A DNA stretch of 61,120 bases, the filler included, from Hausera hauseri (lineage: Eukaryota): the NCBI GenBank assembly GCA_046269625.1. It is 11 parts of 11 records of this genome, joined end to end, with 100 filler letters (N's around TTAATTAATTAA, not from the genome) between each part and the next. Parts side by side here need not be neighbours in the genome. Positions count along the whole stretch, not along the records: positions 26,306 to 34,860 come from JBJURY010602110.1; positions 34,961 to 40,793 come from JBJURY010181750.1; 9 more parts are not named here. One strand, written 5' to 3'. A model generated the notes under the pieces. That model was not told where the DNA came from. It was given only the letters and a program-made list of their open reading frames with translations, and did no database searches. Shown piece after piece: positions 26,380 to 36,187 of the stretch (within the stretch, counting starts at the first letter, position 1; the number at the start of each line of letters is the position of its first letter). A program made the position numbers and the translations under genes.

Positions 26380-27033
26380 TCATATCGATTTCCGAATTTG
26401 TTTATAGACATACACAGCTTTCGGATTGAAAATGTCTGTTCGTACGCGCATGTCATTTGGACACTATTGTGTAAAGTCAATGAACAGATATCCGTGCGGC
26501 TTGCACGTAGCTTCATGGTATGCGTCTATCAAGTAGGTCCGGTTGCGAGGAAATGCTTGTCTAGCACTATAATCTATGATAGTCTGTTCAATGGGATTTT
26601 TGAACAACACCACATAATGTACGTTTAGATTTCTCTGATGGAACACCCTGATGGAACATGTTTTGCGTAATGAAAGTCACAGTCACACCACAGTGTGGTG
26701 AAATCTTCGCAAATAGATTGTTGAAGTCGGTTTGTTTCGCGGCTTCCTGGAATAAATCATCACTGACAATAACGTCACTGCTGCGTAATAATCTGGACCA
26801 GTTGTCATTAAACCCATCAATTACCGTTATAGATTTTAATTTACAAAATCCCTGTTGTGTAAGACCGGATTCTCCATCATCATCACCATCGATACCCTGA
26901 TGCCAGTAAATGTGATTGAACCGCGGCGATTGCAATATGTCACTGTAGTTTCGCAATAGTTTACACACAAATGTGTTTTATCACTTCCACTGGGGCCTAC
27001 AATTTGAAAAATCGCCTTATTCTGCATATTCAT
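26380..27033 (-). pseudogene. Polinton packaging ATPase (A32/FtsK-HerA-like), decayed
   Basis: Walker A IVGPSGS[D]KT, Walker B DVIVSDDL, LFAKISPHCGVTVTFITQNMF, LNVHYVVLFKNP, ARQAFP, AYHEATCKPHGYLFIDF and RVRTDIF. Frameshifts and a stop are present. Confidence 0.9.
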
Positions 27034-27092
27034 GTTAATAATAATAAAACACCTTTTGTCACATGTTTTTGTTTTTATTCACGCCACACACA

Positions 27093-27100
27093 TATATAAA
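27093..27100 (+). promoter_or_regulatory. TATA box in the divergent ATPase/TBP-like promoter
   Basis: TATATAAA about 30 nt upstream of ATG 27130, in the ~95-bp gap between the two divergent genes. Confidence 0.45.
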
Positions 27101-27129
27101 TATTGCTACAGTATGAACACGTTTCCATA

Positions 27130-27590
27130 ATGTTAGCCAATATCAACTATCGCGGATATGTTACATATTGAATTGACGCATTACCATTTAATCAATTGAA
27201 ACCGAGGCAGTATGTACACACATGTCCACCAGATTTTACGTGCATCATATTTCAGTCGGACAAGTGTCATATTGTGGGTTGTCGCAAACCAGCCAAAGCT
27301 AAAAACAGTAAACAACAACTACCATTCAAAATTGTCATTGCTCGAATTCAGTAAATAATGGTAACGACTCAGTTAGATTTCTTGTCAATCAACCTGTACA
27401 AATTGGCAATGGTTACCAAGTGCATTTATGAGCCCGAACTGTTTCCCGCAATGAAATTAACAGTCTCGTCCACTTTGTGTCAATGCGATTAGCAGTGTAT
27501 AAATTGTCATACTCGGTATTCCGACAATGGACTATGAAACGACAGTTAATAAAAATAAAAATCATGTAAATGCTTTAGTGAATCAAAATA
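27130..27590 (+). pseudogene. TATA-binding-protein-like (two TBP repeats), element-encoded, decayed
   Basis: One frame from ATG 27130 reads MLANINYRG...KPRQYVHTCPPDFTCIIFQSDKCHIVGCRKP...RIQ*IMVTTQLDFLSINLYKLA...IYEPELFPAMKL. After a frameshift it reads RPLCVNAISSV*IVILGI. These match TBP repeat 1 (TALIFxSGKxVxTG) and repeat 2 (YEPELFPGL...IFxSGKVVLTG). Not in the ORF track. Confidence 0.75.
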
Positions 27591-27604
27591 ATGTACTCTA
27601 CACA

Positions 27605-27843
27605 ATGAGTTATAAATACCACTCTCACGTTCGTTCGAACATTTCTATGGAAAATGGCGATAAAACGATATTACTTAATGGTGGCAGTGAACAAGATCAG
27701 AGTTCATATTGGTCATGGTTGTCTGGTGACAAGAAGGACAATATGGAAGTTCTGGAACCGAAAACAGAACTTGTCCAGCAATCAGTAACAGAATCGTTGA
27801 TAAAACAGCACGTGGGAATGATTGGTAGTGGAGTAATACGTAA
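27605..27843 (+). pseudogene. Truncated orphan ORF with LNGG and MIGSG motifs
   Basis: MSYKYHSHVRSN...ILLNGGSEQ...VGMIGSGVI, then fused directly to the cut 3' end of pPolB copy A2. Confidence 0.35.
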
Positions 27844-30800
27844 ACCCACTTACGCTTATCATCATTGCATGATAAAGCGACTTTTGTATTGGTCACCGTA
27901 TGCACCTGGTGCTCAGTTGATCTGATGATCGTTTCAAACACAACAGCCTTTGATTGTCCTTTTCCGTCTTCTACTTCATAGACACGGCAATGATCACCGT
28001 GGTTTATTTCCGCATGAGTCAACTAAACTTCTTTTTCGCGAATTTTCGGTCCACAGTCAGTTAAAAGGTTATAAAATTTTGGCCGCAGAAATATGCATTC
28101 CCAATACTGAACCCGACTTTCGCTTTCATCCTTGAAACAGCCGATTTTGTTTGTAATGGCATTGCTGTACGATGAATGATTCTGCAGGTAGTTTGACGTG
28201 TCCATTAAACCGTCTGCAATCATTTTTCGTAGCAGTTCTTCGCGATTGACATTTTCCAGTTCCAAGAAACACCTATCTGTGTTACCGGCAATTATATTGA
28301 TCCTGTACCCTCCAAACATTTTCCGGTAACGTGCCAAATCGCGATACTGCAACTCATACATATAACTTGGCCGGTACAGTACGACTTCTTCCTAGTGTAA
28401 AAGCACGGCAACTAATCCATCTGCAATGTGCATTGATCTCCTGAACTGCGCCTTGCTCATGTACGCGACCAACTGCTTTTCGTTATTGCATAAGAGTACA
28501 TAGAGCCGCTTTTTCAAATTCTCTACTCTTTTTCCGTACTGAGAATTGTTTTTCAGTTTGTAAGAGTCCTTTGCAAACTTTGTATAAGCTGCAGCTCGTT
28601 TTCCGAATACCCTCTGATGCACACCTTGAATATCGGAGCATGTGCGAATCGGAATGCGCGATGTACTTGTGCGGAACGTACACCCAACTGCATGTAAAAT
28701 TGCAACAAACGACAATGAAGTATGTAATTCTGCTTAAGTTTATGCGTCATAAGCATCTTCGTCACCTTCGACCCCGGCGGACATGGGCTAATTGATGCTA
28801 CTGGTAATTCGTCTAGAAAGTCATTCAGCTCATCTGGTGCCACGAGATCGACTTCCATCAGGTATCCGACTGAGCTGTTTTCTGTTGTGTCTGCTCTTGA
28901 AAAATTTTCCAGTATTGTGTCCTGGTCCTGTTTGTCGACTATCCATTCGAATGAATCGTACGACAAGGGTTGCGAAAGCGCCAAGCCGTATAGGTTATTA
29001 ATGTTGATATACAACAGTGATGTGGTATCATCAATGGTAGCAGCAACAGCATTAGCATGGCGCTTGTTGACAAATGACATGCCGCCACGAATACCAACAT
29101 CAAACATTCGTACATTTCCGGGTTTTGCAATAACTCGATATCCCGATCCAGTGGCACCAGAGCTGATGCCAAACTCATTCCAGCTATTGAGTAAACGTTT
29201 AGTGACTGCAGCCTATCTTCTGCAAACGCTTTAGCTCGAAATGTCTAAAACAGATCGGCTAATAAGTATACGTCCAGTTTCAGATACTGAAGCATGTAGT
29301 CCAAAAGGTTTCTGCAGCCGATTTCTGTCCAAAACGACCGTGCTTTGTAATATTTTTTTCTATTATACCGATCCATTTCGGTGGTAATTAGTCTGTCGTC
29401 TGCAGCCGCTAGTACGATATCGCAAAGTCATATGGGAATATGCCTTTTTCTACTTTCAATATGTGTAGAGAACTGCGGCAATGTTAGCGCACATGTAGTA
29501 AGGCTTTGCCATAGATTCATTGAGAAATTGCAATGAATCAAAAAAGCGTACCTGGAACCGGTTTATATGAGCAGACAAGGACAGATAGTTCTCCATCGTA
29601 GTCGGAACGACAGACAGTTCCCAATGAGGAAATCCGTTAATGGCCCATTTTAAAATATGGTGACAATCATAGCGACAGAAGTTACGAAAGATAAACGGTA
29701 GGAATAGCCTCACACGCCTTATCAAATTGCATGAATTGCATGGTGCTCGCAAGTATCAACCGGTAAGGTGATGATGATCCGGTACGAGCCACTCCTTTGT
29801 ATCAAACGGTAATATTTTGTGACACAGGTAATACTTCCGTTTCTACTATTTTTTCCAACTGCTACAGGAAATCGTGCATGCAGGTTCAACCGTGAAAAAT
29901 GTAGTACTGCGGTTGGTGAGTTGCTTTTATTGGGACCACAACATATCGACAGTGATTGGAACGTGTTTTTGATCGAATACATTGTGCCGTGGTAGAACGG
30001 CTTTGATACCTGGATATACCACGTATGCCGGACTGTCAAGCTTTGACCAGTCACTGAATCTCAGCTCCTTTTGACTGGCATGACGTACATTATTTTTTCC
30101 GATGAATTTTTTCTGCATAGTGTCGCATGTTTCGTCCATATTGTTTCGACCAGAATCCATGCAGATATATAGGTCACCATTTATACCATATTTGTTTTTT
30201 GATGAACTGGTCATGGTCCATATTAAATAGTCTGTCCAAATTTGTCACGGCCATATAATGGAATTTTTCCTCCTACCTTTGCTCTAACATCAACAAATTT
30301 ACCGGGCGTCCATTTGAGTTCCAACATCTACAGATTATGCCCACGTGAGTGTTCTTGTAAATCTCTTCGTCTGCCGGTATTTCTACAATTATATTGCACC
30401 GGAACACGTTGATTGACAGTGTTGAATTACGCCGTTCAAACGTCGGGATGGTTTTTAGTTTCATCGGCATCCACTATTCATCAAAGTCCAATTTGGAAAA
30501 GTACTGCCAATATTGATTTGGATGATTTGCATGATCTGTGTCTACTTGGTCATATTTTAATACGGCCAAAATAGTGTAAAGAAAACGGTATTCATCATTA
30601 TTATTTTTTACATTCACTACCGCACCAAACTGCTTTAAAGCGTCAGGTGTTGGTATAAATGATCGTCCAGATAAGTAAATTATATCACTCGGCTTTGTAA
30701 TGATAAAGGCGAGAGTGACAAGTTTTACAATTCGCCAATCACTACCCTTTTCGGTATAGTTGGCGATTTTTTCATGCAGCTTTTCTCCTACATCGGCAAG

Positions 30801-31652
30801 AAAATCGTCGGAATACGGTTCGGCTCGATGTGACAAGTACCATTGTTTTCTATCACCTTCAAAATTTTCAAATTCTGCCAGTGCATAATACTGCACTTTG
30901 CAGTGATGGTAGTGGTGGTTGTAGTGAAATTTCTTCATTTCTGATCGAACCGGTTGTGTACACTCTACGGCACATTCTTTAATTGCATTGTTGCTTTCGA
31001 CAACATGTCCACTTTAATGTCCACATATGGTCTGTTTAGATCGTACTTGACAGTTATGGGAAGGACAGGTTTATGCTGCTGCTGTTGCTCCTGTTGCTGA
31101 TACCGTTGTTGTGTTTGCTGTTGTTTTGTATGTTTTCGTCAAGCCTTGTAGATGCTTGACGTTTTCTTTTTGTTGATGGAATGTTACTTGTTGAGGGATG
31201 CTTTTTTCGGCTGCGACCATCATTATTTGCTTTTTGGACCACTGAAATTTGTTCAAGTGGTCCTCGTGCTGTTTATAAAATTGTTCATAGTTGATATGCG
31301 CTTTAACTGTAGAACATCCGGGAGAAACTTAGGCCCGTTTACCGTGTACCGTTGTGGTGCTAGAGTACTGCTCCAATAAACTATGGCATCCTTCAACGTC
31401 ATGTATTCTACTATTACAGTAGCGTGGATACGTGAGGCAGTGCACAATCATCATCTACTTAGACAGCGTTAACGGACCAAGATGATCCTTGTGCATTTCA
31501 TAAAAGTCGGGGTATAAACAGAGGGTTGGAATATTACATGTCGGACACAATTATGTGTCCCTGCCCGCTGCGTATTATTTCACCATCTGTTTATGGCACT
31601 GATCTGCCTCATGTCTGGGCAAAACGCAATACATTGGATATTCATTGCATTT
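27844..31652 (-). pseudogene. Polinton-type pPolB, family A copy 2, with N-terminal Cys/His modules
   Basis: KVQYYALAEFEN..KQWYLSHRA, EKGSDWRI, GRSFIPTP..VVNVKN..Y(C)FLYTIL, APCNSCNL, GIRGGMSF, LLYININNLYG, YKLKNNSQYGK, IIAGNTD and IGCFKDE. Ends at DDKRKWV. Confidence 0.9.
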
Positions 31653-31832
31653 CTAAATGAAATAAATTAACACTTGTTAAATTTAATTTAAAAATAAAAT
31701 AAATTCAGGTAAATACAGAAAAATAAATAAAAGTGTAACTTGTTTCCTTCATTAATAGACTACAACATATTTAATTTATGCATCTATAAACATCGCAGCA
31801 GTACTACTGCTAATATTAAAGCTACGGATCAA

Positions 31833-32109
31833 ATGGAACAGTACATTAAAAGTGAGATTGAGAAATTGACCGATGACATAATCACTGGACACGTATTTCA
31901 TGTTGAATTTTTATTTGAACTTGCAGAAAGGAGAATAATAAACAGGTAAGAATATATTTAATTAAGTCAGATCTCTCTTCCTAAAACGTATCAAAAATGA
32001 ATTGAAACGAAAACGGCAACAACGACAGTGGATTAATTTCCTCCTCATTGAACTTGTATTTTCTGCTTCGCTTTGTGTTATAATGAAAAAGTTGATTGAC
32101 CGTATTTAA
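31833..32109 (+). pseudogene. Family-A ~92-aa ORF with C-terminal transmembrane helix, decayed copy
   Basis: MEQYIKSEIEKLTDDIITGHVFHVEFL...INR*... then LVFSASLCVIMKKLIDRI*. Homologous to 35747-36022 and 56990-57271. Confidence 0.7.
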
Positions 32110-32251
32110 TCACATTTGTACATTAGACATGGATATTATTTTGTTATATGTTTGTTGCATTTGTTTTTGTAAATCGATATCATTTATTCACTATGTCTTT
32201 ATTACATTTCAGTATAAACACTTGTGCTTCTTTACTGCGTGACATTACTAC

Positions 32252-32671
32252 ATGTCTCATTTATCGAAACTCCTTCGTTTATACTACTCCTTCGATGGTC
32301 TCCGGAGTCACCTTTAAAATCTCGATTGACCTTTACATGATGCACGATGCTTTTCTCCCGAAGAGATACTCCTGCATGCTGAGGAGAATCGGAGGGTACG
32401 AGAATATCATCTACGACATACGAAGCAGCATTTTGGTGACATGGATATGATATTCGGCCACATGTTTCGCATTTGGTAGAAATTGGCGGATTATTATGCG
32501 TTGGATGACAATCCACATCAAATACGTTTTGTGGAGGATTTTGTTAAAGGCGATCAGATTGGTGATTACATTCCAACGTGGCAGTCAGCGGATCGGATTT
32601 GTTTCAAGCAACATTGCAATGTAACTAATTCCGATTGACTCGTTCATTCTCCTACGGAATTGGTTAACTAA
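32252..32671 (+). pseudogene. Family-A orphan ORF ('MSHL', ~125-139 aa), with stops
   Basis: TATAAA at 32213, then MSHLSKLLRLYYSFDGLRSHL*NLD*PLHDARCFSPEEILLHAEENRRVREYHLRHTKQHFGDMDMIFG... It aligns codon-for-codon with 56882-56611 (minus). Confidence 0.65.
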
Positions 32672-33208
32672 TGTGGTTTGTGTGCTCCTAACATTTATTA
32701 AAAACGATTTAATTTTTGGTATTGTTGTTGTTGTTGCTGTACAAAACAAAGGGAACTAAATGTTCGATTCAGATTGGACTTGTCGATATACCTGATTGTT
32801 ATAGCCAGCCAGACAGGTATGGTCCGACTATGAGTCATTAATAAAAATTAATAATAAAAAGAAAAATTATTAAAATATTAAAATTAATAATAAAATAGTA
32901 TAAAAAATTGTTAAGACAAAAAAAACTAACATTCACTGGGTGATCCATCTTCGGTTGTCGCAAATTTTCGAAATGACGATAAACTAAGTGACATGGAATT
33001 TTATGTATGTGTGTGTGTAGTGGTCACATTTTATTGACAAACATTGTTGATTTTGAAAACACTGCTTCCAAAAAACAACAGTCTCGACTTCAAATCCAAT
33101 ATTTCAGGATTGAACTTTAGAGTAAATAGCGAACAAATCATGAGAAATAATATATTTTCATTAATATGAGCTTCACAATATCTCTGTTACACATTTGGTG
33201 GTGGTAAG

Positions 33209-33314
33209 ATTTTTCCCAACTCAACTCGTTGCGGTGAGTCCGAATATGCAGGTGTCCGGAACTGGATCAGTCCAAAATTTTTCCGACTCAACTCGTTGCG
33301 GTGAGTCTGAATAT
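33209..33314 (+). repeat. Two ~38-bp direct repeats, each with an internal ACTCA...TGAGT inverted pair
   Basis: ATTTTTCC(C)(A/G)ACTCAACTCGTTGCGGTGAGTC(C/T)GAATAT at 33209-33247 and 33277-33314. Confidence 0.8.
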
Positions 33315-34579
33315 TCTCGTGGTAATTTGTGCGATCGGTTTTAAATGTCGTCGTCGTTGTACAAAATAAAATTCACCATTTTACGACGATGACATTTTAA
33401 CAATGCGTTTTTCGATATCATTTTTCACCCGGATCCGTTGGTATGATCGCGAGGAGGTTATAATATGAAATTTTCCCAAACTTATGGGCAATGTACGAGA
33501 CCCATTTCCATCACCGGCAGACTTGAACATGGGGAAATTTTACCCGACGGAAATTTTCCCAACCTGTTTTCCCCATGTTCCCTTGGTCGGACGACGACGA
33601 AACCGTGTCCATTCGACTTGTCAACATCAATTTTACCTCTGTACAAAATTTCGGTATGCCAGCAACATGTGTTGCGTTGCCAGTTGCACATTGACCGTTT
33701 TTCTTCTTCCGCCTCCTGTGCCGCCGGGTTACATTTTCCGGCTTCGCGTCGCTGTTAACTTTTGTTCGACTTGTCCGTCTCGACCGATTGGTCTTGGTTC
33801 AAAGTTCATTGCTCGACCTTCTTCTTTCCCTGGGGAGGGGGTCTCTGACCTCGAGACATGAAATGCTCAGAATTGCGAGATATGTGGGGAAAACTAGGTC
33901 CGAGGTCGATCTGAACACTTTTGGGAAAGTGGGGTGGAGCCCACACTTCTATCTACTTACATGGCAAACAGAAAATCTTCGTGAAGAAATAAGTTAATTT
34001 CGACCAAATGATGTTTTTAATGTAAATGAAACTAATCACTAATATAAAACTAATTCAACACCAATAAAACATTACCATTTAAAGATGGACGCTGTATAAC
34101 ATGAAAAAGCAAAGATCGCACAATCATTCTTATTGTCACTATTACGATTGTGTCTGGAAAATTGTTTTTGATAATTATCGATAAAATATGTTACAAAATG
34201 CTACATAATTTCGCACTTGTCCAATTTTTTCCCACATACACAGAAATTTTGAAATTTTATAAAATTTTCCTTTCATTTTTTAAGCCCTTATTTTACTAAA
34301 GTCGGATTTCTAATTTGTCGTTCATGTTATATCCGTCTATAATGTATTCGTCTAATTATCATTCACGTCAACAAATATTTTTCCTTCTATACAATTATTT
34401 GCTTTACACATAATCGATTGCACATTATAAGCCAAATATTAGACAGATATTTATTATGTTACCAAAACATCAAAAAACACAATTAGTCAAATTTTAGTGA
34501 TCGAAAAATGGCAAAAATGTTGCTAATTCATAAAATTCTTCCGCATGTTAGGAGGAAAATTGAAAATGTGCAAAATTAT

Positions 34580-34860
34580 CAGTGGTTCTCAACCTTTTTT
34601 GTCGCGAACCCTTTTGGCTGCCAATTATTGGTTGTAACATAAATTCGTTCGTATTTTTATCATTTATTCAATTAAATACAATACATGAATGGGTGAAAAC
34701 TGGTTTTATGTGTTTGTTTTAGTTTGTTGTTACTAGTTGTGGTGTACAATTGTGTATAAAATATTAGTGCATAACTTAGTAAATTTAGTTATTTAGTTTG
34801 CGACTTAGCATGATATGAATAAGAAAAATTGGAATTTTGAGCATATTATGTTTGTTAGGA
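34580..34860 (+). mobile_element. hAT (Charlie/Buster-type) transposon end, cut by linker
   Basis: CAGTGGTTCTCAACCTTTTT is a typical hAT-Charlie terminal inverted repeat start. The partner end is not in the contig. Confidence 0.55.
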
Positions 34861-34960
34861 NNNNNNNNNNNNNNNNNNNNNNNNNNNNNNNNNNNNNNNN
34901 NNNNTTAATTAATTAANNNNNNNNNNNNNNNNNNNNNNNNNNNNNNNNNNNNNNNNNNNN

Positions 34961-35637
34961 ATTTTCTCTTTGATTTGTTCGATGCTTTTTTCGTCACTGT
35001 GGTAGATTTCCTTTCTCATTTTTGGATTGTCGCAACAGTGAATCATTAATTCCTCTGTTAGAGCTTCCGCTGTTATTTTGTGGCTATAATGCCCTTCAAC
35101 AGCTGTTTGATTTTGTTGAAGTAGGCGTCCTGTTCTGCACCATTCATTCTGTATTCCAATGCTTCCCGCAGATCTCCGCACAGCATTGTGGGATTTGCAA
35201 AGGCTTTTCTCAACCGGTTTTGGTAACCTTTCACCTTCTGGCTCACGAAATGGTATTTTTCATGTGCCTCGTCCGCCAATAGGCACAGGACCGACATTTC
35301 CTGATCCGTCTCCGACATCTTTATGAAGTTGAAGTATCTCTCGCATTTTCCAATAAAGGTTTTCACGTTTTCACCTTTCTGGAATTCTTTTGGCATCAAT
35401 NNNNNNNNNNAGTAGATCGCATCTATACCATCCCGACTTCAACCTGACTTGATGATTGTAAGATTGATTTGTCCATAAGATATTTATTATAAAAGTTTAT
35501 ATAACATTTATCTCATTCATTCGGGAAATGAGCCTTATTTTTCTTCTTTTTTGATTTCCTGACTTTCTGTTGGCTGTTTTCTGATTTATCTTTGAATTAA
35601 ATTTAAACTTTAATATCCGCTTCAATTCCTCCGCGCA
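34961..35637 (-). mobile_element. LTR retrotransposon 5' end (putative ~180-bp LTR plus gag start)
   Basis: Putative LTR 35637-35457 (TG...CA, contains AATAAA), followed by gag-like MPKEFQKGENVKTFIGKCERYFNF..LCLLADEAHEKY (35399-35073). It replaces the MSHL ORF seen in other family-A copies. Confidence 0.55.
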
Positions 35638-35746
35638 GTCATGCCGTAACAAAGCACAAGTATTTATACTGAAATGTAACAACAAAGGAAGGCGAAATAA
35701 ATTATACTAATTCACAAAAACAAATATAGAAAAATAATATATGCGA

Positions 35747-36022
35747 TTAAATACGGTCAATTAACATTTCAGTTACAATACAAAGCAAAGCAGAAAATAC
35801 AAGTCCAATGAGGAAATTAATCCGTCGTTGTTGTTGCCGTTTTTGTTTCATTTCATTTTTGATACATTGTATGAATAGAGATCTGACAAATAATTCAATA
35901 TATTTCCGTTGGCTAATTATTCTGGTTTCTGCGAGCTCACACAAAAACCGAACATCAAACATATGTCCAGTCAAAATGACATCGGCCAATTTCTTAATCT
36001 CGCTTTCAATGTACTGTTCCAT
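35747..36022 (-). CDS. Family-A 91-aa tail-anchored-type membrane protein (intact)
   Basis: MEQYIESEIKKLAD...KRQQQRRINFLIGLVFSALLCIVTEMLIDRI: a basic stretch then one C-terminal hydrophobic helix. Three copies, all divergent from pPolB. Confidence 0.75.
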   Translation of the reverse strand: MEQYIESEIKKLADVILTGHMFDVRFLCELAETRIISQRKYIELFVRSLFIQCIKNEMKQKRQQQRRINFLIGLVFSALLCIVTEMLIDRI

Positions 36023-36187
36023 GTGATTTTATTTGTTGTTGTTGTTGTAGCGTTTAGAATAATTGTTTATAAGGGAGTAACGAAACTTGTTTTTTTTTCT
36101 GAAGACCGACAAATAAGTTGTCATATTTCAAGTTATAATATTTATAACTTAATATAAAACATTTATTTTATTTTGTTTTCCATTCAG

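Noticed and set aside
32148-32516. ORF-track calls 32148-32450 (+) and 32232-32516 (-), and similar antisense ORFs over pPolB copies
   Set aside because: These are shadow frames. Cross-copy codon conservation supports the frame starting at 32252 and the pPolB frames instead.
33482-33691. Minus-strand ORF with YRGKIDVDKSNGHGFVV resembling a cold-shock-domain RNP1 motif
   Set aside because: No RNP2 (VFVH-like) motif follows and there is no second copy. Too little support.
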